DNA of 63,935 nucleotides, counting the filler, from Globobulimina sp. (lineage: Eukaryota), in NCBI GenBank assembly GCA_003354225.1. It is 55 parts of 55 records of this genome, joined end to end, with 100 filler letters (N's around TTAATTAATTAA, not from the genome) between each part and the next. Parts side by side here need not be neighbours in the genome. Positions count along the whole stretch, not along the records: positions 48,917 to 49,979 come from PIVH01024476.1; positions 50,080 to 51,142 come from PIVH01024477.1; positions 51,243 to 52,305 come from PIVH01024478.1; positions 52,406 to 53,468 come from PIVH01024479.1; positions 53,569 to 54,631 come from PIVH01024480.1; positions 54,732 to 55,794 come from PIVH01024481.1; positions 55,895 to 56,957 come from PIVH01024482.1; positions 57,058 to 58,120 come from PIVH01024483.1; 47 more parts are not named here. One strand, written 5' to 3'. The notes beneath the pieces are model-generated. The model was not told where the DNA came from. It ran no database searches and saw nothing but the letters and a program-made list of their open reading frames with translations. Both the position numbers and the translations under genes were made by a program. This document shows positions 48,817 to 62,102 of this stretch, one piece after another. The stretch's first letter is position 1, and each line of letters begins with the position of its first letter.

Positions 48817-49028
48817 NNNNNNNNNNNNNNNNNNNNNNNNNNNNNNNNNNNNNNNNNNNNTTAATTAATTAANNNNNNNNNNNNNNNNNNNNNNNNNNNN
48901 NNNNNNNNNNNNNNNNTGTAACATTAGTTATTATCTATTTACTATAAAGACCTGAAAAAAAAACTTTTGAATTTTGAAGAATGAGTGTATGTTAAAAAAA
49001 CTTTGCCTCGCTCAGTCAGTCTGCAATC

Positions 49029-49961
49029 ATGTCAACAGTGTTAAAAAAATTGCAAAAAAAATGGGGCTCCAAAGAAAATGAATTACAAAAAGAAAACCAC
49101 GATCCATTATCTTTGGAACATCCCGAAAACAAAGGTTTCGCAAATATTATTTGTACTCCCCATCAAAACGGAAAACAACTTTCCACTCCAAAACAAAATA
49201 CGAAAACAAAAGATGAATGGGACTCAAACCGACATCTTCACACTCAACACTCCCGCAATACATTCACATTAAATATCTCAAATACCTCATTAATCGATCA
49301 GGAATTCGATGAATTGGAACTAACAAAGCGCAAAAAAACACAATCCACACAACCAACATCACAAAAAACGTATGATATTTGGCTCACAATCTCAAACAAC
49401 AGAAAAAAAATAATCCACATCAATTTATATGCCACCGGTAACATATCAATAGTGCCACAACACACTGCCACCATCTATGTACGCCAAGATTCCATGAATA
49501 AACATTTAGATATCACGGATCCTAAAAAAAAGGACGAAATCCGTCAATTTTTATATAACACGGACGGGGATGACATCTTAATCTCCATTCATTGCGGTGA
49601 TACAAATTGCGATCAATTTTTCAAATTCATCCAATATCTCCATCAAAATACGCCCGGCGATCGCGACATATCCAATAGCTACAAATCTTCAACAAAACAC
49701 AAACGACATTCCAAATTAAACAAATCCGGCTATACACCGACCATTTCTTCCTTCCATACGCCTGTCCGTACTAAAAACGACCAGCATCATCGTCGTGGCT
49801 CTGGAATGGGTTCAAAACGTAACCGTGCTCAGCTAATGGCCACTATGGGCAACCGGCGTAATAATCCTATGGCGGCGGACCGCGCTGAACAACGCATGAA
49901 AAAACTCAAAAAAACACCTGTTGCTGATACACTGTATGCATTTTTTTTGTACTCGGTCTGA
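49029..49961 (+). CDS. Hypothetical protein, possible non-LTR retroelement ORF1
   Basis: A/C-skewed sense strand; IHINLYATGNISI motif resembles some LINE ORF1 N-termini. Confidence 0.4.
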   Translation: MSTVLKKLQKKWGSKENELQKENHDPLSLEHPENKGFANIICTPHQNGKQLSTPKQNTKTKDEWDSNRHLHTQHSRNTFTLNISNTSLIDQEFDELELTKRKKTQSTQPTSQKTYDIWLTISNNRKKIIHINLYATGNISIVPQHTATIYVRQDSMNKHLDITDPKKKDEIRQFLYNTDGDDILISIHCGDTNCDQFFKFIQYLHQNTPGDRDISNSYKSSTKHKRHSKLNKSGYTPTISSFHTPVRTKNDQHHRRGSGMGSKRNRAQLMATMGNRRNNPMAADRAEQRMKKLKKTPVADTLYAFFLYSV

Positions 49962-50079
49962 GACCAACGCTCAAAAATANNNNNNNNNNNNNNNNNNNNN
50001 NNNNNNNNNNNNNNNNNNNNNNNTTAATTAATTAANNNNNNNNNNNNNNNNNNNNNNNNNNNNNNNNNNNNNNNNNNNN

Positions 50080-51060
50080 GTAACCACTCCTCAAAATTAA
50101 CTCTTTTATCCTGTTCATCATTATTGATTGGCAGTTTATAGTCATTCAATAAATATGAAGTCAACGCAATCAGTAAACAATATCTCTGCAAATAATTTTG
50201 TGTCCGATGTGCCAAATGTTTTTTAGATTTATCACTCACCGCCTTTTCCCCACTTACTTTCATTTTATATATAGCTTTCCTTAAATTTTGCATATGACTC
50301 AAAACATCCAATACATCGTCACACCATTTTTTGGCCTTTTTCCCCTGCGGCAAAATCCGCAACAAATCCAAAACCGCATAATATTCGCCATTTATAAGTG
50401 CTTCACTTTTACTTTGTACTTTTGCTTCATTCACACCATACCCTCCATGGCCACTGACGCTCCTCTTATAATTATATAGTTTTAACTTCCTTTTCCATAA
50501 TGCATAGATAACCATTCCTGTGGTGGTCCGGCCGCGGCCCATTTGACAGTTAAATATAAAGATTGAATCATTTGCATTCTGTTCAAACAGACCGATAAAT
50601 GTATCAATAATCATAGCCGGCGGTGCCTGTTCATCGGTTATTGGCAATCGATGATAGGTTGGCTTGATATTTAAGTCACTGTTTGTAATGGCAATGGTGA
50701 AGGCCTCTGTATACGCCTCATTACAAGTCATTATTTTATTATTCTGCACTTGTTCCCATTCAGCAAAAAGATTTCCTGTATCAGACTCAGAATGGATTAG
50801 CAATTTATTCTCAAACTTAGCACATTCAGTTCCTGCATCTTGTTTTAGTGCCTTCTCCATGGCCTCCACTCTCTTGATAGTAATACCGGTAAATATCAAA
50901 TTTTCATACGGCTGATGCAGTTCACGTAAAACCACCGGTTCGTCATTTACATATAACACTGGCTCCTCCCGGAGACATATCCAATGTATAGGTGCTGCCG
51001 CGGACGATTTATTTTTCTGTTTCCATTTCTGTGCACAAAATAATATAATTTCTTGCATTG
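50080..51060 (-). CDS. PALD1: Paladin-like phosphatase, partial
   Basis: WICLREEPVLYVN, RVEAMEKALK, YHRLPITDEQAP, FNCQMGRGRTTTGMVI, NLRKAI, YLQRYCLLI. Confidence 0.92.
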
Positions 51061-51242
51061 CTCGAGCTATATAATCATAGTTAAATATATCAACATTTTG
51101 TAACTGGTTGCAAAAAAAAAACATCTTTAACTGGTTGGTATANNNNNNNNNNNNNNNNNNNNNNNNNNNNNNNNNNNNNNNNNNNNTTAATTAATTAANN
51201 NNNNNNNNNNNNNNNNNNNNNNNNNNNNNNNNNNNNNNNNNN

Positions 51243-51940
51243 TTTGAATATCTGTGGGATTTACAATATACACTGCAGGCGGTTCCAAAATTAAAATTTA
51301 CCAAAAATAAAAGCAAAAAAAAATTATTACAAATTTATATTGATAATTATAAGAATATTTTATTGCCAGTTGTAAGAAATAACGGATTGCGTAGGTCGGT
51401 AATTCATGGCGACGTAAATGATATGAATGTGTTATGCAATGCGGATGGGGCTAATAAAGAAATAATTGCTTTTTTGGATTTTAGCGATTGTAAATTGTCC
51501 TGCACTGTTTTTGAGATTGCAATCTGTTGTGCATATTTTATGTTAAATAAAGATAAAAAAACGGCGCTGATGGTTATGTATGAAATAATTAATTGTTATC
51601 ATAAAATATATCCATTAACAAAGCAAGAAATAAATGTATTTTTTGTAGCGGTGTGTTCCCGAATATTGATTTCTGTGTTGGTTGGGAATGAGAAAATTGC
51701 TTTGTGTCCGGAAAATAGTTTAGATGTTTTTTGTTTTTTTATTTGTTATATATAGTTATAAAGTATATTGAATATAAAGTATACATAAATTGTGATGTTT
51801 TTTTTATTGCCAAAAATATAGAGGAATATTATGAGTTACATTCAAAACCTGGTTGGACTTTTTTGGAGCATTTTGCAGATACAAATCCATTGCTGATTGC
51901 AAAGGGGATAAAACAGAAACTTTTTACCTCAAAGTTGTGA
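51243..51940 (+). CDS. HYKK: Hydroxylysine kinase-like (APH/choline kinase fold), 3' part, intron ~51718-51820
   Basis: WDLQ, VIHGDVNDMNVL, FLDFSD, VFEIAICCAY, YHKIYPLTKQE, PGWTFL. Confidence 0.8.
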
Positions 51941-52405
51941 ATTCGAAATTGAAGGCGTGACAATTATCAAAATTCCATGACAATATTCGTGACATTGATT
52001 ATTTTTCACAGAAGAGCAAAATCACGACACGTTCTTTTGTGTATAAATTTTTATGATATTTTTTTTTGGTATTTTTTGTATTTTTTTTTTTCTTTTTTCG
52101 AGAGAAACTAAGATTAAGAACTAAAGTTGTATAAATTAAATTAAATTAAATTAAAATCTTATCTTCATTTCTTACTGTAATTCTTTCCCGAAAATCCACA
52201 TCGTTTCTTTTGTTTTGTTGCTGAGCTAGTCATGCAATCAAGAAAGACTTGTTCAAATGCATTGGCATTTAATATTTTATTTCTGTTAATAAACATATTG
52301 AATATNNNNNNNNNNNNNNNNNNNNNNNNNNNNNNNNNNNNNNNNNNNNTTAATTAATTAANNNNNNNNNNNNNNNNNNNNNNNNNNNNNNNNNNNNNNN
52401 NNNNN

Positions 52406-53042
52406 CTCTTTCCTCATAATACATGAATTCATATTTGTTATCTGTGGAAGATAAGATATTGTATTGTTTGTCTTGGATATAGTTCGAGATTAAGCGTCTC
52501 ATTTGTTTGCCGCCTAAACTGTGAATGATATCGTAGCGTGAAAATAAAACGTAATGATGTAAACCTTTAGGAAAATAATACGGGAAATTAAAGTGTACAA
52601 AAGCATCATCATTGGTTTTGTTGGTAATAAAGGCCTCCGCGGATTGGTTGCTTTTATTTGCTTTGAAAGGACACTTAAAATATTTGATTAAGATCTTATC
52701 GGTATAAGATTTGTAATCTATTTTTGCTGCGTTTATGTCATTTAAATAATGTTGCTTAATTTTACTATTTTGATATAATTTATCGAACCATTCGAATTCA
52801 ATGTATTGGCTTAATTGATACCAACTTATTCTTTCTTCGTCGACATGGTCTTTTTCGTGCAATTCATCAAATACTGAATGCTTTACTGCGGTAAATGAAA
52901 GTTGACGATTTAGGCTCGGTAATTTACGCATATCTTCAAATTGTGGCGTTTTTTCGTCAATTTCATCTAATAATCCATTTATATCATCATCTAATAATCC
53001 ATTTATATCATCATCGGAAAGATTATCTAACGAGAAACTCAT
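52406..53042 (-). CDS. DUF3605 (Gig1-like) protein, partial
   Basis: ISWYQL, FNFPYYFPKGLHHYVLFS; 21-bp tandem duplication encoding DDDINGL(L). Confidence 0.65.
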
Positions 53043-53570
53043 AACGGGTGTCAGGAACCAAATTTCTGACAATTAACAGCGACCTCTGGCACTTCTTAAA
53101 CGTTAGTAACGTTGGTAACAGCGAACAGGATTGATAGCTGTTTGAAAAGATTTTCAAAAATTACTGCATTTACTGACGCAATTGCACTACAGATCCGATG
53201 TAGAAACACAAGTCATTACTCATCGAACACTACTTTCAGACTCAGAGTCACTATCTTCTCTCTTCTTTTCTTTATGGTTTTTGTTTTTTTTAGATTTAAA
53301 TTGCTGACATAATTGCTCAAAATCGCTTGATGGCAACATATGTATCCAAAATACAGCAATCACAGCAACCAGTGCTTGAACATAAAACGCCAAACAATAA
53401 TTAAACGGCCATATGTTAAAATCAATACTGAATGTACTATTCACTAAGATACAGCTACTCCTACTACTNNNNNNNNNNNNNNNNNNNNNNNNNNNNNNNN
53501 NNNNNNNNNNNNTTAATTAATTAANNNNNNNNNNNNNNNNNNNNNNNNNNNNNNNNNNNNNNNNNNNNCC

Positions 53571-54631
53571 GATTTCCCACCACCATCCATAGCATCTACC
53601 TCATCATCATCCATAGTATCTACATCACCCTCATTATCTGTATCAAATCTATCCATATTAGAACGTTTTCGGCAAATGACGCTAAATGCGACTAAATGGA
53701 AGGACTTAAAGTTAAAAAGAAACACAATTCGTGGCTTAGAATCAAGCTCTCTCGTAAATGTAGCAGTGCCCGACAAGGATGGTATTGAATTAATCAATGC
53801 CATTCGCCATAATCTGGGACACGTAATTGGCAGCATGTTGCATTATGAACACCGTGTTTTATATTTAATTGTCGGATTATTAGAAATCATGAAAACAGAT
53901 TCACTCACATTGCATAACAATAATCAACCACAAAAACCACAAATTATGGTCATATCGAGTCGCCGACACAGTGCCTCGATTTGCAACCGGTTCTTTGAAG
54001 AAATTACTAAATTTTATGATAACTTTTTTTGTCGCTTAGTGATTGGCGGAACGAGATCAGGTCCATTGATACGACAGTTACAGATCGGGCATACAGTGCA
54101 ATGTGGTACGCCTGGCAAACACTGCGAGATGATACGTAAAAAAGTGATGACTAAAGCGAGTATGAGCAATTTAATTGCCTTTGTGTTGGATGATGCGGAT
54201 GAATTAACATCGTCGCAGGAGATGAAGGAGCAAATGGAACTCATTTATACGGTGTTACCACAGAGGAAATTTAAAGTATTATGCTTACTATCCATAGCAA
54301 ATGAAAATGCAATGTCAGAGTCAAAGGAATTGGCACATAAAATTTGTGATGAAAATGCACAATGTACGGCACTGCCGCAGCAAGTATCGTCGTTTAGGGA
54401 ATGTATGGATGATCATATTGTGGCTGAAGTTGACACTGATCACGAAAAGGAACATTTGTATAAAGAGATTATTCAGTTATTTAATGATGATAAACACATC
54501 GTGATTTTTTTTAATCGCAAAGACAAATTACGAGCAACCTTTGAAGAATATCGATATCGGCGTTTGAGTGTGCCGTGGCGGAACATTTTTTGTTTAGATG
54601 GTGATGAAAGGGACAATGAAGTGAGGGAACG
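53571..54631 (+). CDS. eIF4A-like DEAD-box protein with degenerate ATPase motifs
   Basis: WKDLKLKRNTIRGL, PQIMVIS, LVIGGT, CGTPGK, FVLDDADEL, IVIFFNRK; no Walker A. Confidence 0.85.
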
Positions 54632-54731
54632 NNNNNNNNNNNNNNNNNNNNNNNNNNNNNNNNNNNNNNNNNNNNTTAATTAATTAANNNNNNNNNNNNN
54701 NNNNNNNNNNNNNNNNNNNNNNNNNNNNNNN

Positions 54732-55794
54732 CAAAACAAACAACAGGTACAGCAGCCGACGAGTGGGATATTTTTGAGTCAATGTTTGACGCAGATCCGA
54801 AACCTGCGAAGTTAGAGAAAACTGAGCAAAATTCTGATAACTTTTATATGAACCAAATTATTCTTGTAACTGGTATGTGGCCAATGTGAAACATGCTGTA
54901 TGTATTTGCAATGTATATATACTTAGATGGTGAACCCAATGCAGGTGTTAGTAACACAAAGCATATTGTATCCAATGTGCAGAAAGCAAATGATTTAGAA
55001 AACATTGATAAATATAACAATAAAATCAGTATATTTTCGTTTGGAATCGGTAAAGATGGAAACGACGGCGGTTGGATTAATGACTTAAACCATTCATTTC
55101 TAAAATTGTTATCCTTAAATAATAATGGCTTTTATAAGAGAATTAAGCAGACGAATACTGATAAAGTGTTGAAAGAATACTTTAACATTTTATCAAAACC
55201 AATTTTATCAAATATTAGATTAGACTATCAAAATAAACATATTTATGATTTAACAAAAACAACATTTAACACGTTTTATTCCGGAAATGATTTAATTATT
55301 TGTGGTAAGCTTAAAAATACGACAAAAACAAAAAAAATGCACGATATAACTTTACATTTAACTGTTTCAGCAATTACAGGAAAAGAGATTAATAATTGTG
55401 TGAAACCGATGAATATTTGTAAGAATATGGAAATTAATATAACTCCACAAAATTATCCAACCAATAAAAGCAATGTGGAGCGAATTTGGGCATATTTAAT
55501 GCTTCAAGAATTTGCCAAAAAGAAATTAATTCACACGGATATGATTGAATATGATGATGCAGAAAAGAAAAATGATGATTCTTTCCCGTTATCATTGGCC
55601 TTGAAATATAAATTTGTGACCCCATGGACATCGATGATAGTGGTAAAACACAAACATATTCAACAGAAACAGCAAAAACAACAGAAACAGCAAAAACAAC
55701 AGAAACACAAACATAAATATCCAACACTATCCAGTAAGGCTATGAGGTCTGACGAGGAAAGTGAAGAAGAAGAAGATAGCGAATCTGAAGAAGC
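54732..55794 (+). CDS. vWA / inter-alpha-trypsin-inhibitor heavy chain-like protein, partial, intron ~54873-54926
   Basis: IILVT|DGEPN, IFSFGIG, FLKLLSLNNNG, ERIWAYL, LALKYKFVTPWTSMIVV. Confidence 0.88.
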
Positions 55795-55894
55795 NNNNNN
55801 NNNNNNNNNNNNNNNNNNNNNNNNNNNNNNNNNNNNNNTTAATTAATTAANNNNNNNNNNNNNNNNNNNNNNNNNNNNNNNNNNNNNNNNNNNN

Positions 55895-56957
55895 CGTAAA
55901 AGAAATGAAGTTTATTTAACCAACAAACATAAACATGTTCAAATCGTTGACACATTTATTTATTGGAGACAATATATTCAACAAAAACAAAATATAAAAT
56001 GTCATATAATTTCTTTAAATCACGTCTGCGATCAATTTATTTTGAATAAGAATTTAAAAGAATGGTATGATTCATCTCAATTATCGTTAAAATTAAAATT
56101 TGCGAAACATAATCATATTAAAAATATGTTATATAAAAATATTAAATGTTGGTTGAAATACAATCGAGACCGACAAAAACATAAATATATGCTACATGTT
56201 GCTATTAATGAGCACAACAAAACATTATTAATTAAGTTAAGATTTGCATATAAAGTGTCTTTCATTACTTAAGTGGTTTTTTTTCACTTACTTTAGTAAA
56301 GAATGACATGTCCAAAACCTAAGCCCTATGTTGTTTTGCTTGTAAAGTGCGATATTATATTGGAATACGTTTAAATGTGCCAAAATTAGCATTGCTGTTC
56401 AGCATAAACTATCAAAACAATACATAGAAAGAAAATATATCAAATATTGGCGGCATGAAACAATGAGCAATTTATCATTGCAATCAAGAATGCTTAATTT
56501 CCGTACAAATATCAACACAAATAAGAAATCCGCGGCATTAAAATGGTGGAAAACACATCATATAAAACACCGGAAATTAGTTGGCATTGAAACAAGTATC
56601 AAAATACAACGCGACATACAAATGCTATCCATACTGTTTTATATATGGTTTGATAAATACCACGAAAAAGAAACACTGCGATTACTAAATGAATATGCAA
56701 TCGGTTTGCATAAAGATAAGATATTAACACAAATCTTTGCAAATTGGGTTAAGATATTACCTGTATTAAAAAGAGAGAAATTGCAATTAATGAAACCGCA
56801 GTTAATATTTCATTTTTATCAATGGAGAGCTCGCAGTGCGCACAACAATGATTTAAGAGACCGCTGCTATGAGATGGAAGTGAGGAAAATGCGGAGATAT
56901 TTCCATGTTTATCGACAATATGTTTTATGTCAGAAACAACAACGAGAACAGGGACAG
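55895..56957 (+). CDS. Sfi1-like (centrin-binding) repeat protein, partial
   Basis: Periodic L/F-x-x-W-K/R motifs (FIYWRQ, LKWWK, FYIWFD, FANWVK, FYQWR). Confidence 0.55.
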
Positions 56958-57388
56958 NNNNNNNNNNNNNNNNNNNNNNNNNNNNNNNNNNNNNNNNNNN
57001 NTTAATTAATTAANNNNNNNNNNNNNNNNNNNNNNNNNNNNNNNNNNNNNNNNNNNNTTGTTCCAATCTTTCTGCACAATAATAAATTCTGGATTTTTCG
57101 CAACAAAATTCAATTGAAACGTTAACTTTTTTGAAACGTTAACTTTTAATGTTAACTTTACACTGCGATGTCTTTTGTTTTGTTGGATTTGTTTCAATGC
57201 ATGCAAAGTTTGGTGATGAGAAATAAGGTTTTTTGTAATTTTTGTTTATTAGAATCAAAAAAAAACAAGATTATGGTATTGAATCATAAAGCGACAAATG
57301 TAAACAATAAATATTCTTAATTTTGAATTGAACAAAAAAGGAAAAAAGAAAATACACATTTTATAATAATAAGAGAAAGAAAGAAATA

Positions 57389-58120
57389 TTAAAAGCCTAA
57401 TTCAGTCAAAGTATGTACTCTCGATTTAACGAATGCTTTCTGCGGCAACGAATAAACCAAAACATTGCCATTGGCCAACCCGACAAACATATACGTCTCG
57501 TCTTTGTCTAAAAAAATGCAGGAAACGGATTTCTTGGGATCCTCGAATTTCTTCCTCGTCTTAAACGACGGCAACTCTTTGACTCTGACAATCTTCTCCG
57601 AGCCGCCGCAAACCATATGGTTCCCGCTCTTACTAAACTGCACATCGTAATATGTGTCGTCCCTACTCGACGAATATGACATTAATTGCCCATTCGACGC
57701 ATATAAAAAGATGTCCTTTGTCTGCTTGCTGTAACACAAAATGTGGCCAAACACCGACGACACTCTGACGATGGTCAACTCCCCGGACGGGATGCTCCCG
57801 ACTTTCAGCTCATACTCGTCCTCCTCGCTCCCGCTGTTCTTGTTTTGTGGGTGTGGCGGAGAGGGCGACGGCGACAACTCTTTGAGTTTGCGCTCTTTCC
57901 GCCTCTTTTCGATGCGCAGTGCCTTATCGATGTACGGCTGCAACAAATGATAATGTTCGCCCGTCGAGGCATTGTAGACATTGACAATGCCGTCCAACGA
58001 GCAACAAACAATGAGGCCCGATTTCAGCGACACGTCGACGCACAACACGCCCGCCAATAAGTTGTCTAAAATGTGCGTCGGATTGGGGTCCACCAACTCG
58101 TTCAACAGCAAATGAGCGCT
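57389..58120 (-). CDS. WD40 C-terminus of a BEACH/neurobeachin-like protein
   Basis: VLCVDVSLKSGLIVCCSLDGIVNVY, LYASNGQL, FSKSGNHMVCGG, MFVGLANGNVLVY. Confidence 0.75.
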   Translation of the reverse strand, partial: SAHLLLNELVDPNPTHILDNLLAGVLCVDVSLKSGLIVCCSLDGIVNVYNASTGEHYHLLQPYIDKALRIEKRRKERKLKELSPSPSPPHPQNKNSGSEEDEYELKVGSIPSGELTIVRVSSVFGHILCYSKQTKDIFLYASNGQLMSYSSSRDDTYYDVQFSKSGNHMVCGGSEKIVRVKELPSFKTRKKFEDPKKSVSCIFLDKDETYMFVGLANGNVLVYSLPQKAFVKSRVHTLTELGF

Positions 58121-58743
58121 NNNNNNNNNNNNNNNNNNNNNNNNNNNNNNNNNNNNNNNNNNNNTTAATTAATTAANNNNNNNNNNNNNNNNNNNNNNNN
58201 NNNNNNNNNNNNNNNNNNNNGAATGGATATAAATATATTAATACACCCCTTCTTGTTCTAAAACTTTAGCAAATAAATGTAAAATTATATTAGCAATTTG
58301 TGCATTAAATCTGATTGTAAATACTTTAGTGATATCTCTAAATATTTCACCAAACTCTTCATTGTTTGGCACTGGATTTTCAACCATTCTTTGGGGATAA
58401 ACACATTGTCTTAGTCTTTCATACTGATTATGTTTGACTTCAAATAATATACTATTTTACAACAACACGCGTCGGCGTCATATCCATTGTTAATATCATC
58501 ACACAAATATATATATATAAAACAAAAAATGGTATACCTGATGATGCACAAATATTGTGATAATTGTGATGAAAATTGTTGTTCAATTCGTTTGTTTAAT
58601 TGATCAATATTCTGTGGTGCCAATGCCATATTAATTAACACAACAGCATATCATAAGTGGCTACTTGTGTGAAGAAAGAATGATTTGAAGAGTGAAGGTC
58701 TGATGACGCGAAAAAGGGTTACTTTGAATTTTCTGAACTCGAA

Positions 58744-59283
58744 ATGGCAACTGAACCAAATAAAAAAAAGAAAAGACTAAAGAAACTGAGATCAGTATCA
58801 TTATCAGGTGAACGATTGATAAAATCAAACAAAAAAGTAAAGAAAAGTAAAACTCCATTACCTAAAAGTAGTTCTGCTAAAAAAAAGACAAAAGCAAAAC
58901 GACGCCGAACAGCCTCCGATGCCTCATCCAAACCAGAACTATCAGCTATTGTAAAGTTGGCAAATTCAAAGACTGCAGGTTTTTTAAGCAAAGCCACAAA
59001 AGATTTAAGTTTCACGGTTAAAAATACAAAAAAAGAAATAAATAAAGATTTCGAAGAATTTAACCGTGCATTAAACGACCAACAAAGTAAATTATTGGAT
59101 GATTTACAAACTATTTATGATGCTAAACGGGAACAAATTGTCTCCATTGAACAGAAAATATTTAACAACGCCAAAAAATCTAAAAATCTCAAACAAAAAG
59201 AATATGACATTAACACCAATATTACTTTTATCGTCGATAAAATTGACATATTATCGCAAATTGTTAAATATGGTTCGATCCAA
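58744..59283 (+). CDS. Lys-rich coiled-coil protein N-terminus
   Basis: KKEINKDFEEFNRALNDQQSKLLDDL, resembles a B-box C-terminal coiled coil. Confidence 0.5.
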
Positions 59284-59383
59284 NNNNNNNNNNNNNNNNN
59301 NNNNNNNNNNNNNNNNNNNNNNNNNNNTTAATTAATTAANNNNNNNNNNNNNNNNNNNNNNNNNNNNNNNNNNNNNNNNNNNN

Positions 59384-60446
59384 GACATTAGATGTCCGGG
59401 GCCCGTCCGACCGCTGTGGGCCTATGATCGAGTTCGGAGAGAAGGATTATGGACAAAACTAAGAGACTATGGATTCCCAGAACAATTGGTAAGGGCAATA
59501 GAAAGTAGCTACCACAATCCTGGAGCAATAATTTCATTTCAAAATCAAAATACCGAAAGACTATCAATGAACGTAGGACTCAGACAAGGATGTACTATGT
59601 CACCCATATTATGGGCATTATTCATAGCAGACCTTGGAAAAGAAATCGAAAAATCAAACTTAGGCATAACAATCGGACCAAATAACGAAAACAAAAATCT
59701 ATCTGGAATTTTCTTCGCCGACGATATGCTATTATTTGCCGCTTCAGAATCCAAAATGGAAAAATTACTAAACATTGTTGGTAATTACGCTCAAAAATGG
59801 AAAATAGAATTTTCGGGCCCTAAAAGTATGGTAATACCACTAAAACGTGATATAGACGAAACCAAAAATTGGAAAATAGGAAAAATGTACATTACCGAAA
59901 ATGAAGAAAAAATCATCAAAATTCACGAACAACGCGAAGCTAAATATCTAGGAATTACCATCAACAAACATAGAGGCAGTATGTTTCAAAAACATAGAAA
60001 CGATCTAAGAATTAGAACCGAACGAGAAACTACAAGATGCTATAGACCAGCAATCGCAACTGCAAGATCAGTACTCTATGGAACAAAAATATGGGAAGTA
60101 TATGTAGTTCCAAAAATCCTACATGGAATAGCTGCAATAACATATTCTACAAATACTTTCTCTGGAATAGAAGTTCAACAACGCGAATTCATCCGATCAA
60201 TATCTAAACTTCCAAGACATACACATAGAGCCGTTATATACGGTGAAACCAAACTACTTCCAATGCAAATGGAAGCCGACAAAAGAACAATGAACTACCA
60301 TCAACATCTAAATAATCTAAACAACAACAATATTGCAAAAATTGTTTTATTAGAACAACGTCAAATATATACACAAGATCCAAATCAAACAACTTGGTTA
60401 AAACATGCCATTAATATCTATAATAAATACAACCTCGATCATAACG
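59384..60446 (+). mobile_element. Non-LTR retrotransposon reverse transcriptase
   Basis: GLRQGCTMSPILWALFI, IFFADDML, KYLGI. Confidence 0.95.
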
Positions 60447-60546
60447 NNNNNNNNNNNNNNNNNNNNNNNNNNNNNNNNNNNNNNNNNNNNTTAATTAATT
60501 AANNNNNNNNNNNNNNNNNNNNNNNNNNNNNNNNNNNNNNNNNNNN

Positions 60547-60685
<139 letters not shown>

Positions 60686-60705
60686 CTATTGTTAATGATT
60701 TATAA

Positions 60706-61293
60706 TTACTTTTCAGTTGTTTTTTTTTCAACCGAAGCTTTTTTAATTATAACCGGCGAAACCGGTACATCCCTGTATCTACTTTTAACTGTGGTCCGCT
60801 GCCCCTCAATAGATTCCACAACGTTCATTCCTTTTACAACCTTCCCGAAAACGCAATATCCCCAGCCCTTAGGGTTTTTACCTGTGTGATCAAGAAAACG
60901 ATTATCAACTGTGTTGATAAAAAATTGAGATGAAGCAGAATGCGGATTATTTGTTCGGGCCATCGCAATTGTTCCCCGGCGATTTTTTAGTCCGTTGTCA
61001 GCTTCATTCTGTATGGGAGCATCTGTTGATTTATTTTGCATATCTGCTGAAAATCCGCCTCCCTGAACCATAAAACCCTTAATGACACGATGAAAAATCG
61101 TGTTTTCATAAAACCCTTTTTGCACATAGTTTAAAAAGTTTTTAACTGTTTCCGGTGCCGCCTTGGGATCAAGCTCAAGTGTTATAACACCGAGATTTGT
61201 TTCCATAATTACACGGGGGTTATTCGTTTCCGAAAAAACATGTCCGGCTGATAATAATAATAGTAACAAACAAATTACAGTAATTTTTTTCAA
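60706..61293 (-). CDS. ppiA: Bacterial periplasmic cyclophilin-type peptidyl-prolyl isomerase
   Basis: Signal peptide; APETVKNF, FHRVIKGFMVQGGG, GTIAMART, SQFFIN, GYCVFGKV; TTG start with AAGGAGG RBS at 61300-61306. Confidence 0.93.
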   Translation of the reverse strand: MKKITVICLLLLLLSAGHVFSETNNPRVIMETNLGVITLELDPKAAPETVKNFLNYVQKGFYENTIFHRVIKGFMVQGGGFSADMQNKSTDAPIQNEADNGLKNRRGTIAMARTNNPHSASSQFFINTVDNRFLDHTGKNPKGWGYCVFGKVVKGMNVVESIEGQRTTVKSRYRDVPVSPVIIKKASVEKKTTEK

Positions 61294-62102
61294 AACAAAC
61301 CTCCTTAAAGTAAAAAAATGAATCGTTACACAAAATTTGTCAAAATCTTTATTTATGTTTTCAAAACATATTTATCAACCAAATTATTGCACTATCATCA
61401 ATCCGATTTTTCTTGCATTGTTGATAAGGATATACATATAATCAAAACCGAAAACTTTGGGAGACATAACTAATTGCAATTACATCGATATTTGTATCTT
61501 GTGGGCACTTGTTTGCACAATGTGGATTAATGTCCGCCTGTACATGTTTACCCGTGTTTAATACTTCGAAGCCTATGAAAGTCGAAAGAATTAAAGATCC
61601 GCGATTTGTNNNNNNNNNNNNNNNNNNNNNNNNNNNNNNNNNNNNNNNNNNNNTTAATTAATTAANNNNNNNNNNNNNNNNNNNNNNNNNNNNNNNNNNN
61701 NNNNNNNNNACTGTTTGCCAAACAGTATATTTACTGTTTGGCCACTGCTTTTGTATCTAAACACAGTAGAGCTGAGGATTGCTTTTTTGACAGGCAAAAT
61801 TTGGTGTACCCAAAAATGAGTTAACACGACAAACAAACATGTAATCACTGTTTATTCTGATTTTTTCATTGACATAAATCATATTTTGCAATTATGGACT
61901 GAGTAACTTCAAACAAGTCATTTGTGTCACAGCAGTCATCAGTTTGAGGTTTTGAATTTACATTTTTTTTTGATGTTGGTTTCTAGTGCCAATTTGTTTA
62001 TATCCTTGTTTACAATGTTCGCATTTAAATGTAAATAAATACAAGCGAATTTTTATGTTTAGTCTAGTGTAGTCTGTAAAGTTTCTTCAAAACTTTAAGA
62101 AA

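Noticed and set aside
57117-57160. Triple GTTAACTTT repeat
   Set aside because: A short AT-rich tandem repeat in a 3' flank with no evidence of function.
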